A model generated the notes under the pieces. It had not been told where the DNA came from. It did not search any database and saw only the letters and a program-made list of their open reading frames with translations. The position numbers were made by a program, and so were the translations under genes. 64,000 nucleotides of DNA from an uncultured Gemmatimonadales bacterium (GTDB taxonomy: Bacteria > Gemmatimonadota > Gemmatimonadetes > Gemmatimonadales > GWC2-71-9): positions 576,001 through 640,000 of the forward strand of contig CAWGSK010000012.1 in the NCBI GenBank assembly GCA_963825055.1, read 5' to 3'. Below are positions 36,929-52,400 of this stretch, piece after piece. Positions within the stretch are counted from its first letter, which is position 1; each line of letters starts with the position of its first letter.

Positions 36929-38275
36929 TCAGGTCGCGGCCAGCGCGGCCTCGTCCTGGAAGAAGAATCGTTCCTCGCCGAGTGCGGGCTCGAGATCGTC
37001 CAGCCAGATGGCCTCCGGGTCATGCCGGGCGAAGAAGGGCCGCAGGGCCCAGTCCGGATTCCGCCCCTGGAGCATGCGCAGCGCGAAGACGCGCTCGCCC
37101 TGCACCTCGGTGACGCCAACCACCTGCACCTTGCCGGGGAACGCGGACATGCTGGGCCCCCGTACGGTCCGCGCCAGGCCGCTCACCTGCTGGTAGGCCT
37201 CCCGGAACAGGCGCCAGGCGCGATCGAGGGAGAGTCCGAAGTAATGCTGCGCGCCGGTGTCCCTGACCACGAACATATAATAGGGCACGCATCCCAGCCG
37301 GACCTGTTCCTTCCACATGCGCGCCCAGAGCGCCGGGTCATCATTGATGTGCGCCAGCAGGGGCGACTGGGTCCGGATGGTGGCGCCGGTACGGCGCACC
37401 GCCGCGATCGCCTCATGGGCAGGGGTGGTGGACAGTTCCCGCGGGTGATTGAAGTGCGCCATGAGGGCGAGGTTGACACCCGCATCGGTCACGCGCGAGA
37501 ACAGGTCCAGGAGCTCGCCGGCATCCGGATCCGTCAGGAACCGGTAGGGCCAGTACGAGAGCGCCTTGCTGCCGATCCGGATCGAGCGCAGGCTCGGGAG
37601 CCTGGCCTCAAGCAGGGCTTCGATGTACGTGGCGAGCGTCTTCGTCCGCATGATCAGCGGGTCGCCCCCGGTGAACAGCACATCCGTGACCTCGGGATGG
37701 CGGCGCAGGTAGTCCACCAGCGCGTCCGTCTCGTTCATCGCGATCTTCAGCTCATCCATCCCGACGAACTGCGGCCACCGGAAGCAGAAGCTGCAGTACG
37801 CGTGACAGGTCTGGCCCTGGCTCGGGAAGAAGAGCACGGTCTCGCGGTACTTGTGCTGCATCCCCTTCAGCGTGTGCCCCCGCAGCGACGGCCGGTTTGC
37901 TTCCAGCTGGCCCGCCGGATGCGGACGCAACTCCAGACGGATGCGATCCGCTTCCTGACGGATGGCCCCCGGGCTCGCGCCGGCGCGCACCAGCCGGGCC
38001 ATGGCGTCGAAGTGGTGCGGCAGGAGCATGTCACGCTGGGGAAAGTTGAGGATGAACATCGGGTCGTCCGGCACCCGGTTCCAGTCGATGAGTTGCTCCA
38101 CGACATAGTTGTTCGTGCGGAAGGGCAGCACTTCACCCACCACGCGTACGGCAAACCGGAGCTCCTCGGGGAGGCCCTGGAACTGCTCGAGCTGGTCGAT
38201 ATTCCTGAGCGTCCACGGCCGGTAGCGCGGCCGCGCCGGGCGCTCAAGTTCCAGGCTGGCTGGGTAGGCGTTCAT
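36929..38275 (-). CDS. KamA-family radical SAM aminomutase (lysine 2,3-aminomutase-like)
   Basis: HKYRETVL, CHAYCSFCFR (CxxxCxxC), LFTGGDPL, HFNHPREL, PYYMF, PGKV. Confidence 0.88.
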   Translation of the reverse strand: MNAYPASLELERPARPRYRPWTLRNIDQLEQFQGLPEELRFAVRVVGEVLPFRTNNYVVEQLIDWNRVPDDPMFILNFPQRDMLLPHHFDAMARLVRAGASPGAIRQEADRIRLELRPHPAGQLEANRPSLRGHTLKGMQHKYRETVLFFPSQGQTCHAYCSFCFRWPQFVGMDELKIAMNETDALVDYLRRHPEVTDVLFTGGDPLIMRTKTLATYIEALLEARLPSLRSIRIGSKALSYWPYRFLTDPDAGELLDLFSRVTDAGVNLALMAHFNHPRELSTTPAHEAIAAVRRTGATIRTQSPLLAHINDDPALWARMWKEQVRLGCVPYYMFVVRDTGAQHYFGLSLDRAWRLFREAYQQVSGLARTVRGPSMSAFPGKVQVVGVTEVQGERVFALRMLQGRNPDWALRPFFARHDPEAIWLDDLEPALGEERFFFQDEAALAAT

Positions 38276-38661
38276 CTCGGCCCCCTGTATGAATTCACGG
38301 ACTGACTCGTGCCCGCCCGGGTTCCGGTCGGACGACGCTGGCGGAAACCCTCATGGAGGGAGCCCAGCGGCACGCCACCGGTTCCGTGACGCGCTGCGGT
38401 CCTGCCGGCAACCCGCGGAGGGGTTCGGCTGGTTCAGTGAACCGGCAGTCGCTGCAGCCGTACGAGATTCCCGGGTCGGATCGTGAGGGACCGGGAGGTT
38501 GGCGCCCGGATACTGACCGACCCCGGGGCGAAGATGGGAAATGTGACGAGGCTACAGCATTCTTAATGTGGGGCGTAAAGCGGGATATGACAAGTGTCAG
38601 GCGGCTATAGCATTGCCATGCAAGATATTACGTGTCTCCATTAAAGTACTTTCAAGGCTTG
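38276..38661 (-). promoter_or_regulatory. 386-nt intergenic region: AT-rich promoter zone plus structured putative leader of the kamA-like gene
   Basis: Longest gap in the window; AT-rich 38550-38660 with palindromes; three nested stem-loops at 38324-38527. Confidence 0.45.
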
Positions 38662-39255
38662 CTAGGTCTGGGAGGGCGAAATCCACTTCGGCTCCCTCGC
38701 CGGCGGTTTCCACGCGGTCATCCGCTGCACCAGGCGTTCCGCGCTGGAGTCGACCAGGACGAGTGCGCGGTGGGCCGGGCGGACGAATCCCTCAACGACG
38801 GCGGTGTCCAGGAACTGAAGCAGCCCGTCGAAGTATCCACCGGCGTTGAGCACCCCGAGCGGACGGGAATGGAGGCCGAGCTGGGCCCAGGTCCAGATCT
38901 CGAACAGCTCCTCCAGCGTGCCAATGCCGCCGGGCAGGGCGATAAAGGCCCGTGCGAGCTCGGCCATCAGGGCCTTCCGTTCGTGCATGGACTCCACCAC
39001 CCGCAGTTCGGTCAGCCCTGGATGCCCGATCTCGCGCTCCATCAAGCCACGCGGGAGGATACCCGTGACGCGTCCGCCCGCCGCAAGCGCCGCATCCGCC
39101 AGCGCACCCATCATGCCGAGCGCCGACCCGCCATAGACAATCCCCACCCCCTGCCCCGCCAGCAACGCACCCATCGCGCGGGCGCTGTCGGCGTACGTGG
39201 CCCGGCGTCCGGCGCTCGAGCCGCAGAACACACAGACGGGATCGATGGCCGCCAT
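38662..39255 (-). CDS. LOG-family nucleotide monophosphate nucleosidase (TIGR00730)
   Basis: CVFCGSS, VYGG, MHERKALM, PGGIGTLEE. Confidence 0.93.
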   Translation of the reverse strand: MAAIDPVCVFCGSSAGRRATYADSARAMGALLAGQGVGIVYGGSALGMMGALADAALAAGGRVTGILPRGLMEREIGHPGLTELRVVESMHERKALMAELARAFIALPGGIGTLEELFEIWTWAQLGLHSRPLGVLNAGGYFDGLLQFLDTAVVEGFVRPAHRALVLVDSSAERLVQRMTAWKPPAREPKWISPSQT

Positions 39256-39722
39256 CAGGCCGACCTGTCCAGCCTGGTCAGCATCCGCAGCACGGCCACG
39301 AGAAGGATGGTGGCACCCGCCGCGAGCAGTACATGCCGCAGGCCGACCGTGATCCCGACGGCGCTGGTGGCCCAGATGGACGCGGCGGTGGTCAGCCCCC
39401 GTACCCGGTCCTCGCTGCGGGAGAGGAAGATCGTACCACCGCCGAGGAAACCGATTCCGGTGGCGACCGCGGCAATTGCCCGGACGGGATCGAACCGGGC
39501 CACGCCGGGGTTGCCGTGAAACTCGAGCATGACGAGTTCCGCCATGATGATGAACATCGCGGAGGCGATTCCCACCACCATGTGAGTCCGGAGCCCCGCA
39601 GATTTCCCCACGGTCTCACGCTCCCACCCGATAATCCCTGCGAGGACACCGGCGATGACGAGCCGGAGCAGCGCGGAAAGGTCGGTCCCGACCATCGAGG
39701 CGTCGAACAGGCGGCTCAGCAT
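39255..39722 (-). CDS. MgtC/SapB family membrane protein
   Basis: IGWERE, AGLRTH, TGIGFLGGG, GLTTAASIW. Confidence 0.9.
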   Translation of the reverse strand: MLSRLFDASMVGTDLSALLRLVIAGVLAGIIGWERETVGKSAGLRTHMVVGIASAMFIIMAELVMLEFHGNPGVARFDPVRAIAAVATGIGFLGGGTIFLSRSEDRVRGLTTAASIWATSAVGITVGLRHVLLAAGATILLVAVLRMLTRLDRSA

Positions 39723-40192
39723 GCTGCCGCCACCGGAAACGTGAGCAGGGGAAGCCAGCGCTCGGTGCCGGCCACCGGGGCCGCGACCTGCCCCTGCGGA
39801 ATGGCGCCCAGCCGCCGGTAGAAGGGTTCAGCGTTGGGATCAGCCTCGATCCGGATCTCCCTGCACGCGAGCCGGCGGGCCTCGTGTACGGCGTCGGCAA
39901 AAAGTGCCCGGCCGACCCCCTGTCCCATGCAGCACGGGTCGACCCAGAAGTGCATCAATTCGCAGGTCGCGCCGCGGGGCTCGATCACGTGGAACCCGGC
40001 GACCTTCCCGTCCTGCTCCGCCACACGCACGGTGCCGCGCTCGATGGTACCCGAATCAATGCTGAGGACCGGCGCCCACTCGTGGAGCCATTCGACAGGA
40101 TAGTCCCAGTGGGCCTTCGAGCGCCGGGAAAGGGCCGTGAGCAGGGCGGCCTCCCCGGTGCGCCCGGGACGGATGTGCAGGGCGGACATCAT
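39716..40192 (-). CDS. GNAT-family N-acetyltransferase
   Basis: RSKAHWDY, FWVDP..MGQGVGRAL, DPNAEPFY. Confidence 0.88.
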   Translation of the reverse strand: MMSALHIRPGRTGEAALLTALSRRSKAHWDYPVEWLHEWAPVLSIDSGTIERGTVRVAEQDGKVAGFHVIEPRGATCELMHFWVDPCCMGQGVGRALFADAVHEARRLACREIRIEADPNAEPFYRRLGAIPQGQVAAPVAGTERWLPLLTFPVAAAC

Positions 40193-42030
40193 GGCTCCGT
40201 CGGTGGAGGTCCCCGCAAAATAGCGCCCCCCGGACGGTGGAAGTGGAGACCCCCGTCCTCCAGGCGCACGGGGGCGGGATCGGTGGAGAAGCCGTCATCT
40301 TCCGTCGTGAAGATCACCTCCCATTTCTTTCCCCCTCCCTTCCCGCCGGCCGGCGGCCACTCGACCCGCCCGGGCCCTTCCAGGCACACCACCACGGCCA
40401 GGGTTGCCCCGTCCTCCCGTGCCTTGCGGGTGAGCCACACGCTGCTGTTGTCCGGGGCCCCCGCATCGAGCAGGCCCGGCTGCAATGACCGCCGGAACCG
40501 CAGGAGGGCCCGGCAGAGCCGAAGCACCTGCGCATGGGCCGGGGCGTCCGGCTCGCTCCAGTCCAGGTGGCTGCGCCTGAATGTGGAGGGGGTCTGGGGA
40601 TCGGGAATCCGGGCGCGGCGCGAAGGATCGGCAAATGCGCGGAAGGCGGCGAACTCGTGGCGGCGCCCCTCGGTGACCAGCCGGCCGAGTGCATCGTTGT
40701 GGTCGGTGAAATACTGGAACGGGGTCGTGGCGGCCCATTCCTGTCCCATGAAGATGAGCGGGGTCTCCGGCACCGTAAGGAGGAGCAGCGTGGCCGCCCG
40801 CCAGGCATCGGCAGGAATTTCCCCGCTGAGTCTGTCCCCCATGGCGCGGTTGCCGACCTGGTCGTGGTTCTGCAGGCACACCACGAACTGCTCGAGCGGG
40901 CGCCCCCCCGGGTCGGTGCCGCGCCGGCGTCCGCTGACGGGCCCGTGCTGCCCCGTAAAGAACCAGCCGCGGCGGATACATTCGGCCAGCTCCGTTGTCG
41001 TCCCGCAGAAGTCCGCGAAATATCCCTCGTCATCCCCCGCGAGGCGCCGCCGGACGATGTGGTGGAAATCGTCCGCCCAGACCCCGTCGAGGCCATAGCC
41101 GTCCCCGGCTGCGGGACGGATCAGCGTCGACAGGTTGCGGTGGTCCTCCGCTATGACCACCACGGGCCGCGGGACTGCCGCCCGGACCCGGCGGGCGACC
41201 TCGGCCACGATGTGCTCACGGCTCTCGTCCACGATAGCGTGCGTGGCGTCGAGTCGCAGGCCGTCCATGTGGTAGTCCCGGATCCAGTGCATCGCGTTAG
41301 CCACGACGAATTCCCGCACGGTGGGGACGCCCCCGTCGAAGTTCACCGCGTCGCCCCATGGCGTGTCGTGGCGGTCCGTGAAGAAATCGGGGCTGTAACT
41401 CGCGAGGTACGCACCATCGGGTCCGAGGTGATTGTAGACCACATCGAGGAACACGGCGATCCCGGCGTGGTGGGCCGCATCCACGAGGGACCGGAGGTCG
41501 TCAGGCGTGCCGTAACAGCGGCAGGGCGCGAACAGCGCGACTCCGTCGTAGCCCCAGTTCCAGCGGCCGGCAAAGTCGGCAACCGGCATGAGTTCCAGCG
41601 CACCGATGCCGAGGTCCCGGAGATAGGGGAGGCGTTCGGCCACGGCGCTGAAGGTGCCGGCCGGCGTAAAGGTGCCGACATGCATTTCATAGAAGGTGAG
41701 GTCCTGGAGCGGAGGCGCCTGCCAACCTGCATCGGCCCACTGATACCGGGCAGGATCCACCACCAGCGAGGGACCGTGGACCCCCTCGGGCTGGAAGCGA
41801 GACGCCGGATCCGGGAGGAGCCGCCCGTCGGGGAGGCGGTAGCGGTAGCGGGCGCCGGCGCCCACCCCCTCCACCTGCCCCTCGAACCAGCCGTGGCCGG
41901 CGGCCTCGAGCTCCGAGACGAAGGGCATCCCGTCCGCAGACTCTCCGTCCACGGCCATGCGTGCGTGTGCCGTGGCCCACACCCGGAACAGAGTTCCCGA
42001 CGAGACCGGAGTCGCGCCGAACTCAGTCAG
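40189..42030 (-). CDS. treZ: Malto-oligosyltrehalose trehalohydrolase (probable CTG start)
   Basis: [60 protein letters not shown] 6 nt after GGGAGG. Confidence 0.92.
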   Translation of the reverse strand: MTEFGATPVSSGTLFRVWATAHARMAVDGESADGMPFVSELEAAGHGWFEGQVEGVGAGARYRYRLPDGRLLPDPASRFQPEGVHGPSLVVDPARYQWADAGWQAPPLQDLTFYEMHVGTFTPAGTFSAVAERLPYLRDLGIGALELMPVADFAGRWNWGYDGVALFAPCRCYGTPDDLRSLVDAAHHAGIAVFLDVVYNHLGPDGAYLASYSPDFFTDRHDTPWGDAVNFDGGVPTVREFVVANAMHWIRDYHMDGLRLDATHAIVDESREHIVAEVARRVRAAVPRPVVVIAEDHRNLSTLIRPAAGDGYGLDGVWADDFHHIVRRRLAGDDEGYFADFCGTTTELAECIRRGWFFTGQHGPVSGRRRGTDPGGRPLEQFVVCLQNHDQVGNRAMGDRLSGEIPADAWRAATLLLLTVPETPLIFMGQEWAATTPFQYFTDHNDALGRLVTEGRRHEFAAFRAFADPSRRARIPDPQTPSTFRRSHLDWSEPDAPAHAQVLRLCRALLRFRRSLQPGLLDAGAPDNSSVWLTRKAREDGATLAVVVCLEGPGRVEWPPAGGKGGGKKWEVIFTTEDDGFSTDPAPVRLEDGGLHFHRPGGAILRGPPPTEP

Positions 42031-44005
42031 CCGGTGCCTCCCCGGCCCGGAAGGCCAGCATTCCGAGGGGCGGCAGGGTGATGTTGATCGACTGGGCCTG
42101 ACCGTGCCACTCGATGGGAGACGTCGAGACGCCGCCGAGGTTCCCCTGCCCACTGCCGCCGTACAGCTCGGCATCGCTGTTCAGGGCTTCGGCCCAGTAG
42201 CCGCCGCGTGGCACGCCGATCCGGTAGTTGGCCCGCAGCACCGGGGTGAAGTTGCAGGCGAAGACCAGCGTGTCGGCGGGATTCTCACCGTGGCGGAGGA
42301 AGGTGAGCGTGCTCTGTTCGGTATCGTTGCAGTCAATCCACTGGAAGCCCGCGGGGTCGGTGTCTTTCTGCCAGAGCGCCGGCTGGGCACGATAGAAGGT
42401 GTTGAGGTCCCGCATCCACCTCTGGAGGCCGGCGTGGGCGGGCGCATCCAGCAGGTGCCAGTCCAGGCTGCTGTCGTGGTTCCATTCCCGCCACTGCCCG
42501 ATCTCCCCGCCCATGAAGAGGAGTTTCTTCCCGGACTGGCCGTACATGTAGCCGAACAGCAGGCGCAGGTTGGCAAACCGCTGCCACTCGTCGCCAGGCA
42601 TCTTGCCGACGAGCGAGCCCTTCCCGTGCACGACCTCGTCGTGGCTCAGGGGAAGGACGAAGTTCTCCGTCCAGGCGTACATGCTCCGGAAGGTGAGTTT
42701 GTTGTGGTGATATTTGCGATGGACCGGGTCCTGGGCGAAGTACTCGAGCGTGTCGTGCATCCAGCCCATGTCCCACTTCATCCCGAAGCCGAGTCCCCCG
42801 ACGTACAGTGGGCGTGAGACCATCGGCCAGGCGGTGGATTCCTCCGCGGTGGTCTGCGTGTCGGGCTGGTGCAGGTAGACCTCGCGGTTGCACTGCCGGA
42901 GGAACTCGAGCGCTTCCAGGTTCTCTCGCCCGCCGTGGATGTTGGGCACCCACTCGCCCTCCTTCCGCGAGTAGTCGAGGTAGATCATGCTGGCGACCGC
43001 GTCCACGCGCAGTCCGTCGGCGTGGAAGACCTCGAGCCAGTACAGCGCATTGCTGAGCAGGAAGCTCCGCACTTCGTGGCGGCCGTAGTTGAAGATGAAG
43101 CTGTTCCAGTCGGGGTGGAAACCCTGCCTCGGGTCCCCGTGCTCATAGAGATGCGTCCCGTCGAAGTACCCCAGCCCGTGTTCGTCCGTGGGGAAATGGG
43201 ACGGGACCCAGTCGAGGATTACGCCGATGCCGTGGCGGTGCAGCTGGTCCACCAGGAACATGAAGTCCTGCGGGCTGCCATACCGCGATGTCGGCGCGTA
43301 GTAGCCCGTCGTCTGGTAGCCCCAGGACCCGTAGAACGGGTGCTCCATGACGGGGAGGAATTCCACGTGGGTGAAGCCCATGTGTTGCAGGTACTCCACC
43401 AGGAGCGGGGCCATCTCGCGGTAGCTCAGGTGCGCGGCGGGATCGCCGGGGCGGCGCCAGCTTCCCAGGTGCATCTCGTAGACGCTCATAGGCGCGTCCA
43501 GGGCGTTTTTCCCCGCCCGGTCGCGCATCCACTCGCTGTCGCCCCAGTCGTACTCGAGGGACCAGACCCTGGAGGCGGTCCGGGGCGCTTCCTCCGCGTA
43601 GGCGGCATAGGGATCAGCCTTGTCGGCCCCGTAGCCACCCGGCGTGTCGATCCGGTACTTGTAGGCCTGGCCCCGGGCCACGCCGGGAATGAAGCCTTCC
43701 CAGATCCCGGACGACCCGCGCCGGCTCAGGTGGTGCCGCCCCGGGTCCCAGTCGTTGAAGTCGCCGACGACGCTGACGGTCCCTGCATTGGGCGCCCAGA
43801 CAGCAAAGCGCACCCCGGGTGTTCCGTCCACCTCCATCAGGTGCGAGCCGAGCCGCTCCCAGAGCCGCAGGTGGTTGCCCTCGTTGAAGAGGTACAGGTC
43901 CTGGTCGGAGATGGCGGACCCTTCCTGCCATACGGGGCCGCGCTCCGGCGGTGCTGCCGGGGCCGTCGGGCGTCGGGCCCGTGGCTTGGATGTCGATTTT
44001 GCCAT
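42023..44005 (-). CDS. glgB: 1,4-alpha-glucan branching enzyme
   Basis: [49 protein letters not shown]. Confidence 0.96.
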   Translation of the reverse strand: MAKSTSKPRARRPTAPAAPPERGPVWQEGSAISDQDLYLFNEGNHLRLWERLGSHLMEVDGTPGVRFAVWAPNAGTVSVVGDFNDWDPGRHHLSRRGSSGIWEGFIPGVARGQAYKYRIDTPGGYGADKADPYAAYAEEAPRTASRVWSLEYDWGDSEWMRDRAGKNALDAPMSVYEMHLGSWRRPGDPAAHLSYREMAPLLVEYLQHMGFTHVEFLPVMEHPFYGSWGYQTTGYYAPTSRYGSPQDFMFLVDQLHRHGIGVILDWVPSHFPTDEHGLGYFDGTHLYEHGDPRQGFHPDWNSFIFNYGRHEVRSFLLSNALYWLEVFHADGLRVDAVASMIYLDYSRKEGEWVPNIHGGRENLEALEFLRQCNREVYLHQPDTQTTAEESTAWPMVSRPLYVGGLGFGMKWDMGWMHDTLEYFAQDPVHRKYHHNKLTFRSMYAWTENFVLPLSHDEVVHGKGSLVGKMPGDEWQRFANLRLLFGYMYGQSGKKLLFMGGEIGQWREWNHDSSLDWHLLDAPAHAGLQRWMRDLNTFYRAQPALWQKDTDPAGFQWIDCNDTEQSTLTFLRHGENPADTLVFACNFTPVLRANYRIGVPRGGYWAEALNSDAELYGGSGQGNLGGVSTSPIEWHGQAQSINITLPPLGMLAFRAGEAPAD

Positions 44006-44042
44006 ACTGCGTCACCTTCCCCGCCCGGGGCGGGCTCCGGCA

Positions 44043-47402
<3,360 letters not shown>

Positions 47403-47416
47403 GCCTCGCCTTTCGT

Positions 47417-49456
47417 CTAGAGGTAGTAGTCGAAGTCCTGCTCCGTCCTGAGACGCCGCCGCACGCGGAAGATGTGCGCGGGCACCGCCGTGGGTTCCAG
47501 CGCGACGTAGTTGACCGGTCCGTGCCAGAGGTAGCGGGCATCGCCCAGCAGGTCGTGGACCTGGTAGGGATGTCCGGTGTCGATCCCCAGGTCATCCAGT
47601 GCCAGGGTGACCCATCCCTGCTGGGCACGGTGCGGATCCAGGTTCACCACCACCAGCATGAGGTTCGTGCCGTCGCCGCTCACCTTGGAGTAGGCGATCA
47701 ATGCCGGATTGTCCACCGGGTGGAAGCGCAGCGAGCCATTGCGATGGAACGCGGCGTTGTCCCGCCGGATCGCGTTCACCCGCGTGATGAAATCGCGCAG
47801 GCTGCCCGGCTGGTCCAGGTCCCACCACCGTACCTGGTACTTCTCGGAATCCAGGTACTCCTCGGTGCCGGGGACTCCCCGGACGTCCACCAGCTCGAAC
47901 GCCGGTCCGTACACGCCGTAGCTGGCGGTGAGCGTGGCGGCGAGCACCAGCCGGGCGCGTGATGCTGCCCGCCCGCCGTTCTGGAGGTACTCGTGCAGGA
48001 TATCCGGGGTGTTCACGAAGAAGTTCGGCCGGAGGTACTCGCTGACCTCCGTCTGCGTGAGCTCGGTCAGGTAGTCCTCGAGCTCCGCCCGGGTGTTCCG
48101 CCAGGTGAAATAGGTATACGACTGCGAGAATCCCACCTTGGCCAGGTATTCCATCACCCGGGGGCGGGTGAACGCCTCGGAAAGGAACACCACGTCGGGG
48201 TGCCGGTTCCGAACTTCGCGGATCATCCATTCCCAGAAGGCAAACGGCTTGGTGTGCGGATTGTCCACGCGAAAGATCCGCACCCCGTGCTCCACCCAGA
48301 ACAGGACCACGTCGCGCAGCGCGGCCCACAGGCCCCGCCAGTCAGGGTTCTCGAAGTGGAGCGGATAGATATCCTGGTATTTCTTGGGCGGGTTCTCCGC
48401 GTACTGGATAGTCCCGTCAGGGCGATGGCGGAACCACTCGGGGTGCTCCCGCACCCAGGGATGGTCCGGGGCAGTCTGGAACGCGATGTCCAGGGCCACC
48501 TCCAGATCGAGCGCGGCGGCGTCACGGACGAACCGGTCGAAGTCCTCCAGCGTGCCGAGCTCGGGGTGGACGGCTGTGTGGCCACCCTCATCGGCCCCGA
48601 TGCCCCAGGGGCTGCCGGGATCGCCGGGGGAGGACACGGGATTGTTGTTGGGCCCCTTGCGGTGGGCCCGTCCGATCGGGTGGACCGGCGGCAGGTAGAC
48701 GACATCAAAGCCCATCGCGGCCACGTAGGAGAGCCGGTCAGCGGCGTCGCGCAGCGTCCCGTGGCGGCCGGGTTCAGGCGAGGCCGAACGCGGGAAGAAC
48801 TCGTACCACGCCCCGACCGCCGCCCGCTCGCGCTCGACCTCCACCCGCAGCGCCTTATCATACCGGGCCGCGCGGGTGCGGTCGGGATGGAGCCGTGCAG
48901 CGGTGGCGACGGCTTCGGCAAGCGCGGCCTTTACCCGCTCATCCTGCGCACCGGATCCGCCGAGCACGCCGGCCGCCTCGCGCAGGTCAGCCGCATCGGG
49001 GCCGGCCGCCCTGTCCGCAGCGGCCCGCAGGAGTTCGGCGCCTTCCAGCAGCTCGCTGGAGACGTCCTGTCCGGCCTCGACTTTCTTGGCCAGCCCGGCG
49101 CGCCACGTCCCAAAGGCGTCGATCCAGCCCTCGACCGTATACTCCCAGAGCCCCAGACGCGGCAGCACGAAGCTCCCGCGCCAGCGATCGTTCCCGAGGG
49201 GTTCCATGGCGGATTCCTGCCATTCCCCCTCCCCTTCCCGCCAGCGCAGCACCGCAGCCACGGCATCGTGGCCTTCGGTGAACACGTCTGCCTCGACCGT
49301 CAGTGCGTCGCGCACGACGCGCTTGACCGGAAAGCGGCCGCAGTCCACCTCCGGACGGACGCCCTCCACCATCACCCGGGTGGGCGGCTGGGCCGGCGCG
49401 GCACGCCCGGCCGTGGCTGCCGACTTGCGGCGCGTCCCTGGCCGGGCATCAGTCAT
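47417..49456 (-). CDS. glgE: Alpha-1,4-glucan:maltose-1-phosphate maltosyltransferase
   Basis: [51 protein letters not shown]. Confidence 0.96.
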   Translation of the reverse strand: MTDARPGTRRKSAATAGRAAPAQPPTRVMVEGVRPEVDCGRFPVKRVVRDALTVEADVFTEGHDAVAAVLRWREGEGEWQESAMEPLGNDRWRGSFVLPRLGLWEYTVEGWIDAFGTWRAGLAKKVEAGQDVSSELLEGAELLRAAADRAAGPDAADLREAAGVLGGSGAQDERVKAALAEAVATAARLHPDRTRAARYDKALRVEVERERAAVGAWYEFFPRSASPEPGRHGTLRDAADRLSYVAAMGFDVVYLPPVHPIGRAHRKGPNNNPVSSPGDPGSPWGIGADEGGHTAVHPELGTLEDFDRFVRDAAALDLEVALDIAFQTAPDHPWVREHPEWFRHRPDGTIQYAENPPKKYQDIYPLHFENPDWRGLWAALRDVVLFWVEHGVRIFRVDNPHTKPFAFWEWMIREVRNRHPDVVFLSEAFTRPRVMEYLAKVGFSQSYTYFTWRNTRAELEDYLTELTQTEVSEYLRPNFFVNTPDILHEYLQNGGRAASRARLVLAATLTASYGVYGPAFELVDVRGVPGTEEYLDSEKYQVRWWDLDQPGSLRDFITRVNAIRRDNAAFHRNGSLRFHPVDNPALIAYSKVSGDGTNLMLVVVNLDPHRAQQGWVTLALDDLGIDTGHPYQVHDLLGDARYLWHGPVNYVALEPTAVPAHIFRVRRRLRTEQDFDYYL

Positions 49457-52400
49457 CGGCTGCCCTCCGGGGACACTGGACTCGAGGGCGTGCGGAACAC
49501 CATGACCGAGCGGCCCCGGACGCGGGCCCGCCCGCCGCGGCGCGCGGAGCGACGCGCCCAGTGGAGGCCGCCCGTGTCCAGAATGCGCTCCCAGGCCCGA
49601 CCCTCGCCGGCCGGCGGGATGCTGAACGTGATGGTCTCGGCGCCTGCGTTGAGCAGGAGCAGGAAGGTGTCATCAGTGATCGGCTCGCCATCGGCATCCG
49701 TCTCCTCGATGCTATCGCCCGCGAGGCGTACCATCAGCGCGCGGGCATAATCGGTGTCCCAGTCCCGGTCGGTCATCTCCCGGCCGTCAGGCTCATACCA
49801 CGTCAGGTCCTGCACGTCGCGGCCGCGAATCCGCCGGCCCTGGAAGAACTGGCGGCGCCGGAACACCGGATGGTCGCGGCGCAGGGAAATCACGTAGCGG
49901 CAGAAGGCGAGGAGGTCCCGGTCGGGCTTGTCGAGGTCCCAGTGGATCCAGCTGAGGGGGTTATCCTGGCAGTACGCGTTGTTGTTGCCGAGCTGGGTCC
50001 GGCCCATTTCGTCGCCGGCCACCAGCATCGGTACCCCCTGACTCAGCAGCAGGGTCGCCAGGAAGTTGCGTTTCTGGCGCTGGCGGAGGGACTGGATGGC
50101 CTGGTCGTCAGTCGGGCCCTCGACGCCGCTGTTCCAGCTCAGGTTATTGGATTCGCCATCGCGGTTCTCCTCGCCGTTGGCTTCATTGTGCTTCTCATTA
50201 TAGGACACCAGGTCCTGCAAGGTGAACCCGTCGTGTGCCGTGACGAAGTTGATACTGGCGTACGGACGGCGCCCGCTGCGGCTGTACAGGTCGCTGCTGC
50301 CGGCGAGCCGGGTGGCGAATTCGGACATCTGGCCGCCGTCGCCGCGCCAGAAGCGACGGACGTTGTCGCGGTATTTCCCGTTCCACTCGGTCCAGAGCAC
50401 GGGAAAGTTCCCGACCTGGTACCCACCCTCGCCAACGTCCCAGGGCTCCGCGATCAGCTTCACCTGGGAGAGGACTGGGTCCTGGTGAATGATATCGAAG
50501 AAGGCGCTCAGCTTGTCGACCGCAAAGAGCTCGCGCGCCAGCGCGCTGGCAAGGTCGAACCGGAAGCCGTCCACCCGCATCTCGAGGACCCAGTACCGCA
50601 GGCTGTCCATGATCAACTGGAGCACGCGCGGGTTCAGCATGTTGAGCGTGTTGCCGGTGCCGGTGAAGTCCTCGTAGAAGCGGGGCTCCCTCGGCGACAG
50701 CCGGTAATAGGCGGCGTTGTCGATCCCGCGTAGCGAGAGCGTGGGCCCCAGGTGGCTTCCCTCCGCGGTATGGTTGTAGACCACGTCGAGAATGACCTCG
50801 ATCCCCGCGGCGTGGTACGCCCGCACCATCGACTTGAATTCGCGGACCGCCTCGCCGGGCGCCGGGTTGGCGGCGTACCGCAGGTCCGGCGCGAAGAAGG
50901 CGAGGGTGTTGTAGCCCCAGTAGTTGGTCAGCCCGTTGTCAACGAGGTGGCGGTCAATCGCGTGATGGTGCACCGGCATGAGCTCGACCGCCGTGACGCC
51001 GAGGCTCCGGACATGGCGGATCACCGGCTCGGACGCGAGGCCGGCGTAGGTTCCGCGCAGCGGTTCCGGCACTTCCGGGTGCAGGCGCGTGAATCCCTTG
51101 ACGTGCAGTTCGTAGATGATCGTCTCGTGCCACGGGGTAGCGGGTGCGCGATCGTCCGCCCAGGTGAACGCGGTGTCGACCACCGCCCCGAGCGGGGCAA
51201 AGGGCGCATTGTCGCGCTCGTCCATGCTGAGATCGGCATCGGGCCCGTTCACCGTGTAGCCGAACATCTCATCCGCCCACGCGAGCGGACGCCCGATCGC
51301 CTTGGCATACGGATCCAGCACGACCTTGTTCGGATTGAACCGGTGGCCATGCCTGGGGTCCCACGGCCCATGGACGCGGTATCCATAGAGCTGGCCCGGG
51401 CGCACCCCGAGGACGCGGCTGTGCCAGACCATGTCCGTCTGCTCCACCAGCGGAACCCGGATGGATTCCCTTTCCGCCCCCGGCCCGTCGAACAGGCACA
51501 GCTCGACCGCCGTGGCGTGCTCCGAAAAAATCGCGAAGTTCACGCCAAGGCCGTCCCAGGTGGCCCCGAGGGGATACGGGGTGCCGGGCTGTGTTCGCAT
51601 CACGGGCAGGGCTCCAGTCGGGTATCGTGGGCCATCGGGCACCACGGCGGTGCCGGCCAGCAGGGGAAACCGGTCCAGCGGCCCGTCGACGGGAAGTCCG
51701 GGACGTTCCCGTCCCTCGACGGGCAGGGGGAGGCCGGCAAAGACGTCCTTCAGCCGCACATCCCGCCAGTCCTGAGGAAGAACGATAGTCGTATCGGCCC
51801 AGAGGCCCGAATCCCAGGGCCAGGCGTCCCCCTGCGCCAAGTGACCGGCCACGAGCCGGGGCACGGCCCCCACCAGGACCCGATCCCCGTGGCGCCGGGC
51901 GAACGCCAGGAGCGAGCGGGACATGGGCCCACGAACCTCGAGGGGCTCCCAGGTGCCCTCCAGGAACAGGCCCGGCATGGCGGAGCGAAGCCGCAGCAGG
52001 ACGGCGTGGACCCACAGCTTGATGCGGCCGTCCAGCCGGTCGCGCCGAAGTCCCTCCAGAAACCGCTCGTCCGTCGCCGCCTCCCGGTCCAGGTGCGAGA
52101 GCAACTCCTGCCGGCGACGGAAGTCCACCGGGCGCCGGTTGTCGGGATCCACGAGCCGGAGGTCCCAGAGCTCGCTGCCCTGGTAACAGTCCGGCACGCC
52201 CGGGGCGAGGTGTCGCAGGGCGACCTGGGACAGGCCGGCCACCATGCCCGCATCGGCCACCCTTCGCTGGAAGGGCACGAAGGACTCGAGGAATCTCCCC
52301 GAGCGGGGCCCGGTGAGACAGGCGCGCACCAGGGCGGTCATGCCGGCCTCATATTCCTGGCCCGGTGAAGCCCAGCTGGTGTGCCGCTTGGCCTCACGCA

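Noticed and set aside
38350..38425. SAM-I-riboswitch-like words on the plus strand (GGAGGGA, CCGGCAACC)
   Set aside because: Order and spacing do not fit the consensus, and no plus-strand gene lies downstream
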